A stretch of 61,435 bases of DNA, filler included, from Nemertoderma westbladi (taxonomy: Eukaryota; Animalia; Xenacoelomorpha): NCBI GenBank assembly GCA_032718475.1. It is 3 parts of 3 records of this genome, joined end to end, with 100 filler letters (N's around TTAATTAATTAA, not from the genome) between each part and the next. Parts side by side here need not be neighbours in the genome. Positions count along the whole stretch, not along the records: positions 21,801 to 50,779 come from JAUCBJ010003167.1; 2 more parts are not named here. One strand, given 5' to 3'. This document shows positions 25,301 to 35,900 of the stretch, in pieces (the stretch's first letter is position 1; each line of letters opens with the position of its first letter). The notes below the pieces were generated by a model that was not told the origin of the DNA, ran no database searches, and saw only the letters and a program-made list of their open reading frames with translations. The position numbers and the translations under genes are program-made.

Positions 25301-25684
25301 CAAAAGAAAGCTGTCCGCATCGTTGAATTAAAACCATACCGACACCCAACACAATCAATTTTTTCAAATAATAATTTTCTTAAAATTAATGCAATGTACA
25401 AATTCCTCAGTTTGAAAACGATATACAACTACCGCATGAACTACTGTTTTGTACCCAAAAATTTTAAGACAAAAATGGTAACTAATATCAGTATTCACGG
25501 ACGGAAAACTAGACAGCAATTCCATTATAGATTACCATCACTACGTACTAATTTTGCTCGCTCACACTTACTATACAGGGGTCTTAATTTATGGAATGAA
25601 CTTCCTGACAGTTTGCAACGGTTCAAAGGCTCTGCCCAAATGTTCAAGAAGGCACTAAAGCAACACTTAATTGAAACTCAATAA
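22358..25684 (+). CDS. Intact CR1/L2-type non-LTR retrotransposon ORF2: PHD finger + AP endonuclease + reverse transcriptase
   Basis: C4HC3 PHD (CHYC..CAAC...HYRC...WFCPHC). APE motifs HTNIRS, LTETW, GCIYRPP, LLGDFN, SDH. RT motifs NYRPIS, QFGF, LDFSKAFDTV, GVPQGSVLGP, FADD, FLG. No stops over ~1108 aa. An open frame at 21803-22009 may be the end of ORF1. Confidence 0.95.
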   Translation: MIQNSTCHYCTKLIKSSNISKLKCAACKQFVHYRCIPSLKFSEFKQLLSQSIWFCPHCIFNALPFTNIIDEDEFLLTIYDYRLPSIIDIDLLTSNTVRLTDLNAGDTNFEFDRDNNPDSNILNNIYTKIQCRYYNNLVSTDFNLKNQQENGFSLFHTNIRSVPKNFHNLYDLLQIIEKPFSAIALTETWLKKDNLNDYQLDGYKIYHSKPRANQRGGGCSLYLSNNLNCKPRHDLEKDEPDLESVFAEWDRENAKNIIIGCIYRPPAKYVISFLRKLKHILEQINTENKICYLLGDFNIDMLGVNIHKQPTDFFELLSEQFFYPVITKPTRITETTATCIDNIITNDITNIRKSGIIVASLSDHLPIFVNSEITIPSKHSKPSYILVTDRSETNSKKFVEILKQTFNNGGWEEVTQESDPNIAYNTFIEIYQKLYNKCFPTIKIKIINSDKPWLSESIYKCIKRKHALYAKYINSRSLSKKIEYTAYKNQLTKIIRNAKKAYFEKLFNIHRNNTMKTWKIIKTLINPRASCSPQNYPDTFTVNNSSIRNNTAIANGFNNFYRNVGPNLAKNIPNTNGSIYDTLGNQTASSLYFSPLSTKDVYDIASSITNSKALSSDGVDSEIARQNFLYIAHPLTHILNQSLSLGIFPDLMKVARIVPIFKHSNADQFGNYRPISILPFFSKILEKAVSRQFVNFMIKNSIIYENQFGFQSEKSTITALTLLQSNLSDAIENKHLTLGVFLDFSKAFDTVNHSILLKKLEHYGVRGTPLAWFSSYLHNRTQYVDLNGTISDTLDVICGVPQGSVLGPILFLIYINDISNSSKIVNFILFADDTNLFISGENVHDLISTMNKEIHKIYQWICLNKLSLNLDKTKYMVFSMKPYNPKNTGVKIDGRTINYTENIKFLGIHLQSNFSWHLHIQNIRIKVSKNVGVINKIKHFVPIQIRKLLYDTLVEPYISYALTVWGNCNINDSTLNPLVRLQKKAVRIVELKPYRHPTQSIFSNNNFLKINAMYKFLSLKTIYNYRMNYCFVPKNFKTKMVTNISIHGRKTRQQFHYRLPSLRTNFARSHLLYRGLNLWNELPDSLQRFKGSAQMFKKALKQHLIETQ

Positions 25685-27356
25685 ATCTGGCAGTTATTTC
25701 TGTTCACAGGTACATTTATTTTCTTTCACACAAATATTAAATAGTAAATTATAAATTAATTTCTCTCGATAGACGAAAAATAAGTTCTTCTTGTACGTTT
25801 ATCGCGAGATAATGCAGTAGATTGTAGTTTTTAGCGTAGGTAATCATAATTATATTGTGCATTTTAATATTGTTTATCGAATACAGGGCCGGGCCGCTTT
25901 CCCGGAACTACTACTACTACTAAGTTATACATAAGTTACTAAAGATCATCTCAAGTTAATCGTGACATACTTAATGTCAGTTGTTATGGTTGAATAAGTT
26001 GCGCATATGTGAAACGGATCGGGATCCGAGTTACCATGGGGTTCCGTACCCCAGCATTACGGCATAAGCTTTAAGGGTCACTTAGGCATAACGCCACACT
26101 TTCCCTTTTATTATACTTTATGAGTCACGGAATCGGTGGATGGAATAGATTCCAATGTGCCTCATGTGATTCTCATGGAGTAATTTATGATTCTCTCGCC
26201 GAAACAGGAGGAGAAACTTGACGCAATTCTAGTCTCTGTAAATTAATGTTTTGTCTCAATTTTAAATTATCAATTAAGGGAAAGGAGCACTTTACAATGG
26301 GGCGTTATACTATAACCAAAACAATAAATATCACATTTTTCAGTATCATTTTTACAAGTAACAAACAGAGCTTTTATTTAAGTTGATTTTCCCCTGGAGT
26401 TGGATGAATATTGTGTGTTTTCGAAAGTCCCCCCCCCCCCCCCCCGTTATCTGCCTACTTGTTTGGAGGCCCATTACATAATTATAATCAAATCTGATGA
26501 ATAATTTTTTTCGTGATACGAACTCTTACAGTATCAGAGCTACAACTGCTTCAAACTTGAACAGATACTATATTTTTTAAAACATAAACCATATATAATC
26601 AACATTATTTTAAATCGGGAGTTAAATCTCACCCCCGTGTTCAGTTTGTCCTCGTTTACCGTCATGTGAAGGCTTGAATTAAAGTGCAGCTGGTTCTTTC
26701 ATCGTGAGACTGTATCTACTTCGGTAGAGGAATAAATTCGTATTGGAAAGATGTTTGGACGCTCGTTTCTTGTTGTCACAGAAACGACATATACCTCGTA
26801 GTGCTTTATCGTTGGAGATCTCATCTAAATTCTTCTCGAGGTTTTACCGGTAAACCGCGGATATGCCGCCAGTAACGCGATAGTGATTAATAGCTGTCTA
26901 CAGATTAGTTTCGTATAAATTAACTTCGTGTTCATATTGCGTGACGTATGTAACGTAAACTTGTATGGCTTCATGAATGGCGCGGTTGATTATAGCCGAG
27001 TGATATAGTATTACAATATTGGTTTAATATAAAACTTTGGCAGAGGTGTCTGTGAAATAGAGAGTCGTAATAATAACTATGTGTATTTCATGTAAGTAAA
27101 TTAGTACTTTATTCCCCGTTGCCCCTGAGGCTGAGATGTATAATTTTCCTACCGAGCGTCAGCAAGTGAGATAAGCTATGCGTCAATGGGTCATGAGAGA
27201 GATAAAGCTATTTTATTTTTCATGTATAACGCAATTTTATTCCTAAAAATTTAACTATTGCAGGGCTCGCCGCTAGCTAAAAAAATGTATTTATATTGCA
27301 ATGCAAAAACATTGTAGTTAAATGAACAAATTAGGCCTTAAGTACGAAGAATTAGC

Positions 27357-29096
27357 GATAGTTCAATACAAGTGATAGTTCAATACAAGTGATAGTTCAA
27401 TACAAGTTATAGTTCAATACAAGTGATAGTTCAATACAAGTGATAGTTCAATACAAGTGATAGTACAATACAAGTTATAGTTCAATACAAGTGATAGTTC
27501 AATACAAGTGATAGTTCAATACAAGTGATAGTTCAATACAAGTTATAGTTCAATACAAGTGATAGTTCAATACAAGTGATAGTTCAATACAAGTTATAGT
27601 TCAATACGAGTGATAGTTCAATACAAGTGATAGTTCAATATAAGTGATAGTTCAATACAAGTGATAGTTCAATACACAGTGATAGTTCAATATAAGTGAT
27701 AGTTCAATACAAGTGATAGTTCAATACAAGTGATAGTTCAATACAAGTGATAGTTCAATACAAGTGATAGTTCAATACAAGTTATAGTTCAATACACAGT
27801 GATAGTTCAATATAAGTGATAGTTCAATACAAGTGATAGTTCAATACAAGTGATAGTTCAATACAAGTGATAGTTCAATACAAGTGATAGTTCAATACAA
27901 GTTATAGTTTAATACAAGTGATAGTTCAATACAAGTTATAGTTCAATACAAGTGATAGTTCAATACAAGTGATAGTTCAATACAAGTTATAGTTCAATAC
28001 AAGTGATAGTTCAATACAAGTGATAGTTCAATACAAGTGATAGTACAATACAAGTTATAGTTCAATACAAGTGATAGTTCAATACAAGTGATAGTTCAAT
28101 ACAAGTGATAGTTCAATACAAGTTATAGTTCAATACAAGTGATAGTTCAATACAAGTGATAGTTCAATACAAGTTATAGTTCAATACAAGTGATAGTTCA
28201 ATACAAGTGATAGTTCAATATAAGTGATAGTTCAATACAAGTGATAGTTCAATACACAGTGATAGTTCAATATAAGTGATAGTTCAATACAAGTGATAGT
28301 TCAATACAAGTGATAGTTCAATACAAGTGATAGTTCAATACAAGTGATAGTTCAATACAAGTTATAGTTCAATACAAGTGATAGTTCAATACAAGTGATA
28401 GTTCAATACAAGTTATAGTTCAATACAAGTTATAGTTCAATACAAGTGATAGTTCAATACAAGTGATAGTTCAATACAAGTGATAGTTCAATACAAGTTA
28501 TAGTTCAATACAAGTGATAGTTCAATACAAGTTATAGTTCAATACAAGTGATAGTTCAATACAAGTGATAGTTCAATATAAGTGATAGTTCAATATAAGT
28601 GATAGTTCAATACAAGTGATAGTTCAATACACAGTGATAGTTCAATATAAGTGATAGTTCAATACAAGTGATAGTTCAATACACAGTGATAGTTCAATAT
28701 AAGTGATAGTTCAATACAAGTTATAGTTCAATACAAGTGATAGCTCAATATAAAGTGATAGTTCAATACAAGTGATAGTTCAATACAAGTTATAGTTCAA
28801 TACAAGTGATAGTTCAATATAAGTGATAGTTCAATACAAGTTATAGTTCAATACAAGTGATAGTTCAATATAAAGTGATAGTTCAATACAAGTTATAGTT
28901 CAATACAAGTGATAGTTCAATATAAAGTGATAGTTCAATACAAGTTATAGTTCAATACAAGTGATAGTTCAATATAAAGTGATAGTTCAATACAAGTTAT
29001 AGTTCAATACAAGTGATAGTTCAATATAAGTGATAGTTCAATACAAGTTATAGTTCAATACAAGTGATAGTTCAATACAAGTAATAGTTCAATACA
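27357..29096 (+). repeat. 17-bp satellite (GATAGTTCAATACAAGT), ~102 copies
   Basis: Read directly; highly homogeneous. Confidence 0.98.
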
Positions 29097-29148
29097 CGGT
29101 CTGGGGAGAAAAAGCGCCAGTGCGTCGTAGTTCTTCAACGAATCCTAG

Positions 29149-29268
29149 GTCGCAAAAGTCCAGGAGGATCGAGGATTCTTGACGCGTTCGAGGTTAACGG
29201 GACCGACGTGACGGAGTATTCGGTTACCGGGAGACCTGGAATGAAATCTCTTGTGGACTTTCGAATTG
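29149..29268 (+). CDS. Possible additional exon of the twitchin/titin-like gene (Fn3-like fragment)
   Basis: AG/GT-bounded 120-nt phase 1-1 segment encoding RKSPGGSRILDAFEVNGTDVTEYSVTGRPGMKSLVDFRI, in frame with the next exon. The acceptor is weak. Confidence 0.3.
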
Positions 29269-29463
29269 GTAAACGGCAAATGTTTACAAACACACTTGTG
29301 TATGTACACAAGTTCACTATTCAGCTTGTGTTTTCATTCGAAAAAGTTTTTTTTATTACAGAATATATTTTTTGTCTTTGTTTTTCTGGTTTTTTGTTTT
29401 TCTGGAATAATTGATTAACCAAAATATGACAATAAATTTGTTATCTATAATTTATCTTTCTAG

Positions 29464-29647
29464 TTGCCCCAACAATGGATATGAGCGATTTGAAAGATGT
29501 AAGGATTCGTGCCGGTCAGCCTTTGGTTCTAACAGTCGGTATTAATGGTTCACCGCCACCCACCGTGGCGTGGAAGTACTCAGATAAATCAGTTACTGCT
29601 AACAAACGAATCAAAGTTCAATCTACTGATAAAACTACTACATTAAG
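29464..29647 (+). CDS. Twitchin/titin-like exon: Ig I-set N-half
   Basis: tttctag|...|gtaac. Encodes APTMDMSDLKDVRIRAGQPLVLTVGINGSPPPTVAWKYSDKSVTANKRIKVQSTDKTTTL. Confidence 0.9.
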
Positions 29648-29781
29648 GTAACAGCACCTTCAATTAATATTTCTGTAATTAATTAAGTAAGATAAACTAC
29701 TATATAGTACAGTACAGTATAGTACTATCTTAACGTTAAAGGTAAATTAAAAAAATATATATATTGCGATTTTCTTTTTAG

Positions 29782-29879
29782 AATTGAAAAGAGTGAGAGG
29801 GGTGATTCCGGTGCATATACTCTCGTTCTCAGCAATAAGTCAGGGACTGTTGAAGGAACGGCTAATGTCACGGTACAAG
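29782..29879 (+). CDS. Twitchin/titin-like exon: Ig I-set C-half
   Basis: tttttag|...|gtaagt. Encodes IEKSERGDSGAYTLVLSNKSGTVEGTANVTVQ. Phases match both neighbours. Confidence 0.9.
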
Positions 29880-30719
29880 GTAAGTACTGACACAATCTTA
29901 CATAACATAGTCGGCATACATTAGGTCCAATGGTGAAAGCGCCAAATAGTCACCTTCCCAAATCCAGTGTGCTTGACATATCGGCCTACAAGCTAATTGA
30001 TATCTTACGGATACGTAATGACAGTATATAATATCCGAAATGGTGTGAAGGAAATATAATCTACGAAATCACTTGTGTTCCAATGCATGATGAGCCTTGC
30101 AAACTTGATTATTAACCATTTAATTTGTGAAAGTTGAATTTTTGTAAATAAATCGTGTTTAGTGAATGATATGTTAAAACGGTATTTTCTCTCAATTAAT
30201 CATTGCAACGTTACATCCTATTAATACGTGAATTATCTGCCACGGCGTTATAAATGTTTAATTATTCGCATATTATACAAGGCACATCTTGCCATCTTCC
30301 TCAACAATAAATTAATAAGCGATGAATATATTCACCGATATAGGGATTATCTAAGAAGTAAAGGAGGAAAAGTATGACTCGTGGATTCGGATACAATTGC
30401 ATTTCCATGTACACATTATAATAATGATTCAAGAATTATTTTCAAAGAAATAATGCGAAACAAGTCACTTGTATTAATATCAAATTGTCTTATTATGATG
30501 CGAAAAGAAAGGAAATTTAATTGTTTTGAAAAATAAATAAACAAAAATCCATTTAGACTTGAGTTAGTGGCGCACAATGGTTGCAAACTTAAAATTGATA
30601 TAAAAATTAATTTAACACGTTAATGGAAAGGAGTGGGTTACAGTGATAAACGCAATAGATTTTGTATGCGATTATTTCTTATTCACTTGCGACCAAGTTG
30701 CGCCACTACTATGTCAGAC

Positions 30720-32180
30720 TCAGGCATGGTAATGTTGTGATTCTTCTATTTCACAGAGATATGTAGATTGGCTTCCACTCTGTAACCATTCGCGCAGCTC
30801 AGGGTTACAGGTACTTACGAACTCTTGGTCGGCGGAGCTCCAATAAGTAAGAGTTCCCCAGTAACAGATGTTGTAAATTACAAAAGCAACCGGAAATGCG
30901 ATACGTGAGTAATAGTCCAAACTGCGGAAGAATTCGATAAAGGTACTCCTTTGCTTTTTGCGTTTTCTATCGTATGCGTTCAGGTTGTAGTCGTGCACTC
31001 TGGAATTGTTGAACCCCGCGAAGACAGAGAAAGGTCTCTGAGAGAGGGAATCAACTCCCGGGCGTTTGTGTCTGTCGAATTCTGCGCGACATCTTATGTT
31101 AGTTTTGACCTCCGTGATTTTCATCTTGTTTGCGCAATTCGTTCTTGTTAGTGGTGTTTCGCAGGCGCAGTTTTGAGAGTAAGACTCGCTATTTACGAAA
31201 CTAACTATCATAAATTCTAAGAGTTGGCTCGAAACAAATAGTAAACATCCGCAGAAGTATACATCGTTGGCTGTGAGATGGGCGGACTGGTAAAACTGGG
31301 TGGTTGTCGTGAGTATTAGCGTTAGCATGCTAAGTTCCGTGGTGATGCCTATAGTTGCGCGCGCGGGGACTGAACCAATCCAGAAGGAAGACCAAGAGAA
31401 GGTAACGATAACGCTTGCTGGAAACAAACTCTGGATGATAAACAAAGATGAAGTCCGTGTGAGTAGGTAGCTGGAATGTACAAAAGAATAATTACCGATC
31501 TGATAACTACTGTAGCCTTGGGTGACAGTGCGTTTTCGTAACCTATAGTGATTTGACCATAGATTTCCCATCGCAATCTCTTTATCTTTAACCATGATAA
31601 CAACTTCATCGACGGGATCCCGGTAACTTTGTAGATTTAGAGAGCAATTCTGTTTGTCCAGCGGAAACAGAAAGAAATCCATTTTCATGTGGACAGTTAC
31701 TAAGATTCTCCTTGTCCATAGGATGTTCCCATCGTGGTACACGTAGAACCCTTGTTGACTTTTGTCCGAGAAGTCTTCGAATTGAACTGTTTCTAGAAAG
31801 TAGACCGATGGTCGCCAGAACTTATGTATCCCTGAGTTTGGAACTGATATTCTATCGTTTATATACGGATGTTTCAATCGCTGATCTCTCCAGTACAAAC
31901 GTAGGAATATATCGGCTCTGCAGGTTTTCTCGAACTCATTAATGGGTCCTAGAAACTGGATGTACATGGATAATATTACCTGTGTAGCAACCGTCGCATT
32001 GTTTTCGTCTTTGTTGTAAGGCCGCACCCATCTATTGTACCGTGTTTCGTCGTCTACAATGTCTTGCAAGTGTTTGCGAACGTTAGTCGATGATTCCATG
32101 GCTTCGGCTTGCATATCAATAAGAGTCAAAATTAGAACAATAAATCCAAATATTTTATGCGACTTGCCATAACTAGCCAT
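30720..32180 (-). CDS. Pentameric ligand-gated ion channel subunit, GABA/glycine-receptor-like (anion type), intronless, 486 aa
   Basis: Signal peptide; YNRWVRP; WRDQRL; WRPSVYF; DGNIL; FPLDKQNC; M1 FPASVIVTFSWSSFWI; M2 PARATIGITTEL; M3 DVYFCGCLLFV..LLEF; M4 LDYYSRIAFPVAF..YNICYW. Confidence 0.95.
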   Translation of the reverse strand: MASYGKSHKIFGFIVLILTLIDMQAEAMESSTNVRKHLQDIVDDETRYNRWVRPYNKDENNATVATQVILSMYIQFLGPINEFEKTCRADIFLRLYWRDQRLKHPYINDRISVPNSGIHKFWRPSVYFLETVQFEDFSDKSQQGFYVYHDGNILWTRRILVTVHMKMDFFLFPLDKQNCSLNLQSYRDPVDEVVIMVKDKEIAMGNLWSNHYRLRKRTVTQGYSSYQIGNYSFVHSSYLLTRTSSLFIIQSLFPASVIVTFSWSSFWIGSVPARATIGITTELSMLTLILTTTTQFYQSAHLTANDVYFCGCLLFVSSQLLEFMIVSFVNSESYSQNCACETPLTRTNCANKMKITEVKTNIRCRAEFDRHKRPGVDSLSQRPFSVFAGFNNSRVHDYNLNAYDRKRKKQRSTFIEFFRSLDYYSRIAFPVAFVIYNICYWGTLTYWSSADQEFVSTCNPELREWLQSGSQSTYLCEIEESQHYHA

Positions 32181-33153
32181 CTTTTATAATAAATAATATA
32201 TTAAGTGTTCCTATAAGTTGAATCATATTCTGTGGAGCAATCTATAGAGTTTGGCGTCGTGGCCGGTAAAGAAACCGCCGCAGATTATATTATGTCGCGA
32301 TTCGAAACATGTTCTACTCAGGCGAAATACAACAGTCAGTCTCTTCACACTTTCCTCCAGTTAATGTTGTATTAGTGCGGTGTAATGGTATCCACATATT
32401 TTCACTAATGGAAAGACGAAGAGAAAGAATAAACACCATTCCGAGTACAATGTTTACATTAAATGCGATTCCGTATATCGTGATTTCTAGCCAATTATGT
32501 AGGTTTACAATAATTGTTCGAAATCATCTTTTTTTTCTGAGAAATTACCACAAGAGATCGAAGTAATTGTATAGTAAGCGAAGATCACAACATTAACTTA
32601 ATTTCAGAAAAAATTACATTACAAAATTATATACAATAGTCGAGCCCAGACGTTTTCAAATCAATCATTAAATTTTTAAATTTGATAAAATAAAATTCAA
32701 AAATCTTTCTTTACTTTCTAAATGGCCGTTCCTCTACGGTAAGTGCAATTTAATAGGGTAAACGATTAGGGACGGGCGGTTGGGTGATCTCTGATCACGG
32801 GGAGAGGCATCGCATTTTCGTGGTTTCTGATTGGCTTGACTTTCAGGAAGCTTACAAGAAGTAGAAACTTCTTAGAATATTTTATGTGAGCTAATTGTCT
32901 AGCTGCTTGGTACGATATTGATTGGAACAAGGGGCGACAAGGTTTTATTGGTTATTGTTTAATGTGGCCAGCTGGGAATCGATTGGCAATTTGTCCCTAG
33001 CTGGCATTCCTCATTACAGAAACTATGTAACTACAGGGAACACTTTGTGTCACTCAAACGAATACATTGTCTTCTCCGCTTACTTCGGGAAATAAGGCGC
33101 GCTGACAACTTCGCACTACGTTTGTTTTTATTTTATACAATAATTAATTGGTG

Positions 33154-34694
33154 GGATAGGTTTGAAACAGGACAATTACCGAGAGCTAACGAAAGCTACC
33201 GAAAGTTATGCGAAAGTTATCGAAAAAGTTAAAGCAGGGACGAAAGCTATCCATTTACTGATAAGGGCACATTTCGCACTTTCAGCTTCCGATATTATTA
33301 ATAAACAAAAAAGATATGGACTTTAATTCAAATAATTGCCGTTTAATTTCAAATAAACCTTCGCGAAATATAGATACACTCATACCGTAAGGGTGCACTG
33401 CAGTAATGCTAGGATAGGCTACTGCAGCGGCAGTACTGGGGTACCTCCACCTGCCCTGCTACTCAGACCGGCTACAGTCTGACCGCGATGCGGCGCATTT
33501 CTGCATTACGGACTGATGGATGGCCTACAGTACATACTAACATACTGACTCCTGGTAATTAAGGGAGGGATTAGAGGTGAGGCATTCAGGTTTTACTATC
33601 GACGTAATCAGTACCCGAATTGAATTTCGCTTTAAAAATATTGTAAGAGTTTGTAATGTATAGGCCGCTATATACTCAATGTTGTAATGCGCCGCCACGC
33701 GGTCAGACGGTAGCCGGTCTGATTAGCAGGGTAGTTAATAAACAGTTAATAAACAAGCATAGCACTGTCACTGTAGTAGTACGGTAGTAGAGCACTTAGT
33801 GTATCAGTGAATTTATATTTTGCGATTTGTTTATTTTCGATTTGTTAGTTTGTATATTTGCTATTAATCGGCAATTAGTTGAATTATATCACCTGTCTTT
33901 TTTGTTTACGAATGCTATCGAACGCTGAGAGTGCGAAATGTACCCCCTATCAGTGATTGGATAGCTTTCACCCCTTTTTTAACCTTTGCGATAACTTTCG
34001 CATAACTTTCGGACATCTTCGCAATTTTGTTTAAAAATCTGATCATTTATCTGTACATACCGGTAGGTGCTAATTGGGGTTGGTTGCATTCAGTGGGTAA
34101 TCATGCTTATGCATTTGGGGCTGATGGTAACATACATTGGGGATGGGTGGTTTCAACTCTGGGGGAGGTACGGTAGGATTTCTAATTTATTGGTCATTGT
34201 CTTAATTTAGTGGTGCAGTTTTGTTAGGTTAGGGGTTGGGTTCGTGGCACACTGCTGATGAGGAGAACCACGAATCCCAGGGTTCAGTGTTTAAATCTCC
34301 AAAACCCTTTTATAAAATTTATTACTTAAGACTTACCTTTTCGGCGGACAAAATGTCCTATATTTTTCTTAATTTATGGGATAGCCTATTCGTGCAATAC
34401 TTACTGGTACCTGTAGTTACTGTATGGTTTGGTGCAGTTTTCCCTGTGGTAGTTGGGTTGGGAGCACTAAAATTGATTTGGTATTTCATTTTTTAATAGG
34501 CCTTAGTGCCTGAGTACTAACAGTGGCCCAAGTGGCCCTAAATGCTAGGTAGTATCTGAGGGAATAAGACCCCATTTCCTATTTTATTGTTTTCATATTA
34601 ATATCACAATCCCTCTAATCGTGGTTGTCTAAAATCATATAACTTTCGGTAGCATTCGTTAGCTTTCGGTAATTGTCCTCTTTCAGAACTATCC
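33154..34694. mobile_element. Long-TIR MITE (MULE-like) whose right TIR is interrupted by a ~620-bp insertion (34014-34636)
   Basis: 33154-33294 is inverted relative to 33916-34013 plus 34637-34694. Inner inverted blocks at 33455-33500 and 33686-33731. Degenerate 9-bp flanks TAATTGGTG / AAAATGGTG. Confidence 0.7.
34238..34308 (+). ncRNA. Candidate non-circularly permuted hammerhead ribozyme (G12 position reads A)
   Basis: ACACTG-CTGATGA-GGAGA ... AGGG-T-T-CAGTGT ... TCTCC-AAAA-CCCT. Three perfect stems plus an extra stem, TTCGTGG/CCACGAA. Confidence 0.65.
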
Positions 34695-35163
34695 AAAATG
34701 GTGGAAAAGTACTGTAGCTCCTTGCATAACACACAACAGCATCCATATATAATGTACAACTTTATTCGCTGGTGAATTTATAGGGTTTTTATATTGAGAG
34801 CTCTTTGTACTGCGGTTAAGAATGAAGAACCACGTGGTGTCAGTAGGACACGAGTTAGGCCGGTTACCTTACTGGTAAAACCGGTACAGATGGCCAACCA
34901 GTTACTTTCATTTTGCTGGCTAGGTCAGTACCGGCACGGTCCGTGGTGGCCTGGTGGGCCTGTAACTGTAGGCCTATAATATTGCCGCTATGTCGCAGCA
35001 GTACGTAAACGAACGATATAATGAATTTATTGGTACAATACAGTTAACGGTTTTTTTGGTTGAAATTAAAAGTTCGTTTTACGGTGGCGGTGGGTTGGAT
35101 AAGACCATCATAAGTGACCAAAAAAGTTCGACAATTCAAAAATTTTTATATTTTGTTATGAAG

Positions 35164-35291
35164 ATAAACCAGGGCCACCCGAAGGCCCCATTGAGTATCC
35201 GGAGACGACAAAGAATTCTGTCACGTTGACATGGAAACCTCCGAAGGACGATGGCGGCGTACCTGTAACGGGTTACACAATCGAGAGAAGG
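35164..35291 (+). CDS. Twitchin/titin-like exon: Fn3 N-half
   Basis: aag|...|gtaag. Encodes DKPGPPEGPIEYPETTKNSVTLTWKPPKDDGGVPVTGYTIERR. Confidence 0.92.
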
Positions 35292-35728
35292 GTAAGAATA
35301 TTAGCTTATAGAAACTCAAAACAAAGTTCTTCTAACTTTGTGATACTTTGCTCTCCTCCCTTACCTTTATTTAATATTTATATATTATACTATAATTTAT
35401 AAGATAATCTCATTCCTTATTTATATTCTAAGCGGCTTAATTATTTATTTTTACTTAGGCCTACTTTATACAGTTACACTGTGATAATAAGGGGGGGGGG
35501 GGGGGGTGGTATTTCATTAAATGATACAGAGTATAATTAAGTTAAGTAAACTCTTCCCGTTTACAGAGTAAAGGCCGTAAATAATTTAAAATTGTCTGTA
35601 TTTAATTGTGCTTGGGTTATTTTTGCACTTAATTGACTAAATTATTAAAAACTACTTAATGATTAATTTGGTACTGTATTATACTGTATATATGTTTTAT
35701 TGATTATTTGTTACTATGGTAACAACAG

Positions 35729-35900
35729 GATAAATCTAGAAAAGTATGGACATCTGTTGCTACCGGTTTCATGGCAACGACAATAACAGCTGAGAAACTC
35801 ACCGAAGGTAACGAATATGTGTTCCGAGTTCGAGCGGAGAACGAGTTCGGGGAAAGTGAGCCACTAGATGGCGCTGCCATTATTGCTAAGAATATGTTCG
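35729..35900 (+). CDS. Twitchin/titin-like exon: Fn3 C-half
   Basis: cag|...|gtgag. Encodes DKSRKVWTSVATGFMATTITAEKLTEGNEYVFRVRAENEFGESEPLDGAAIIAKNMF. Confidence 0.92.

Noticed and set aside
26640-26880. Coding-like segment on the - strand (NLEKNLDEISNDKALRGICRFCDNKK)
   Set aside because: Short, with no recognisable domain or convincing splice partners.
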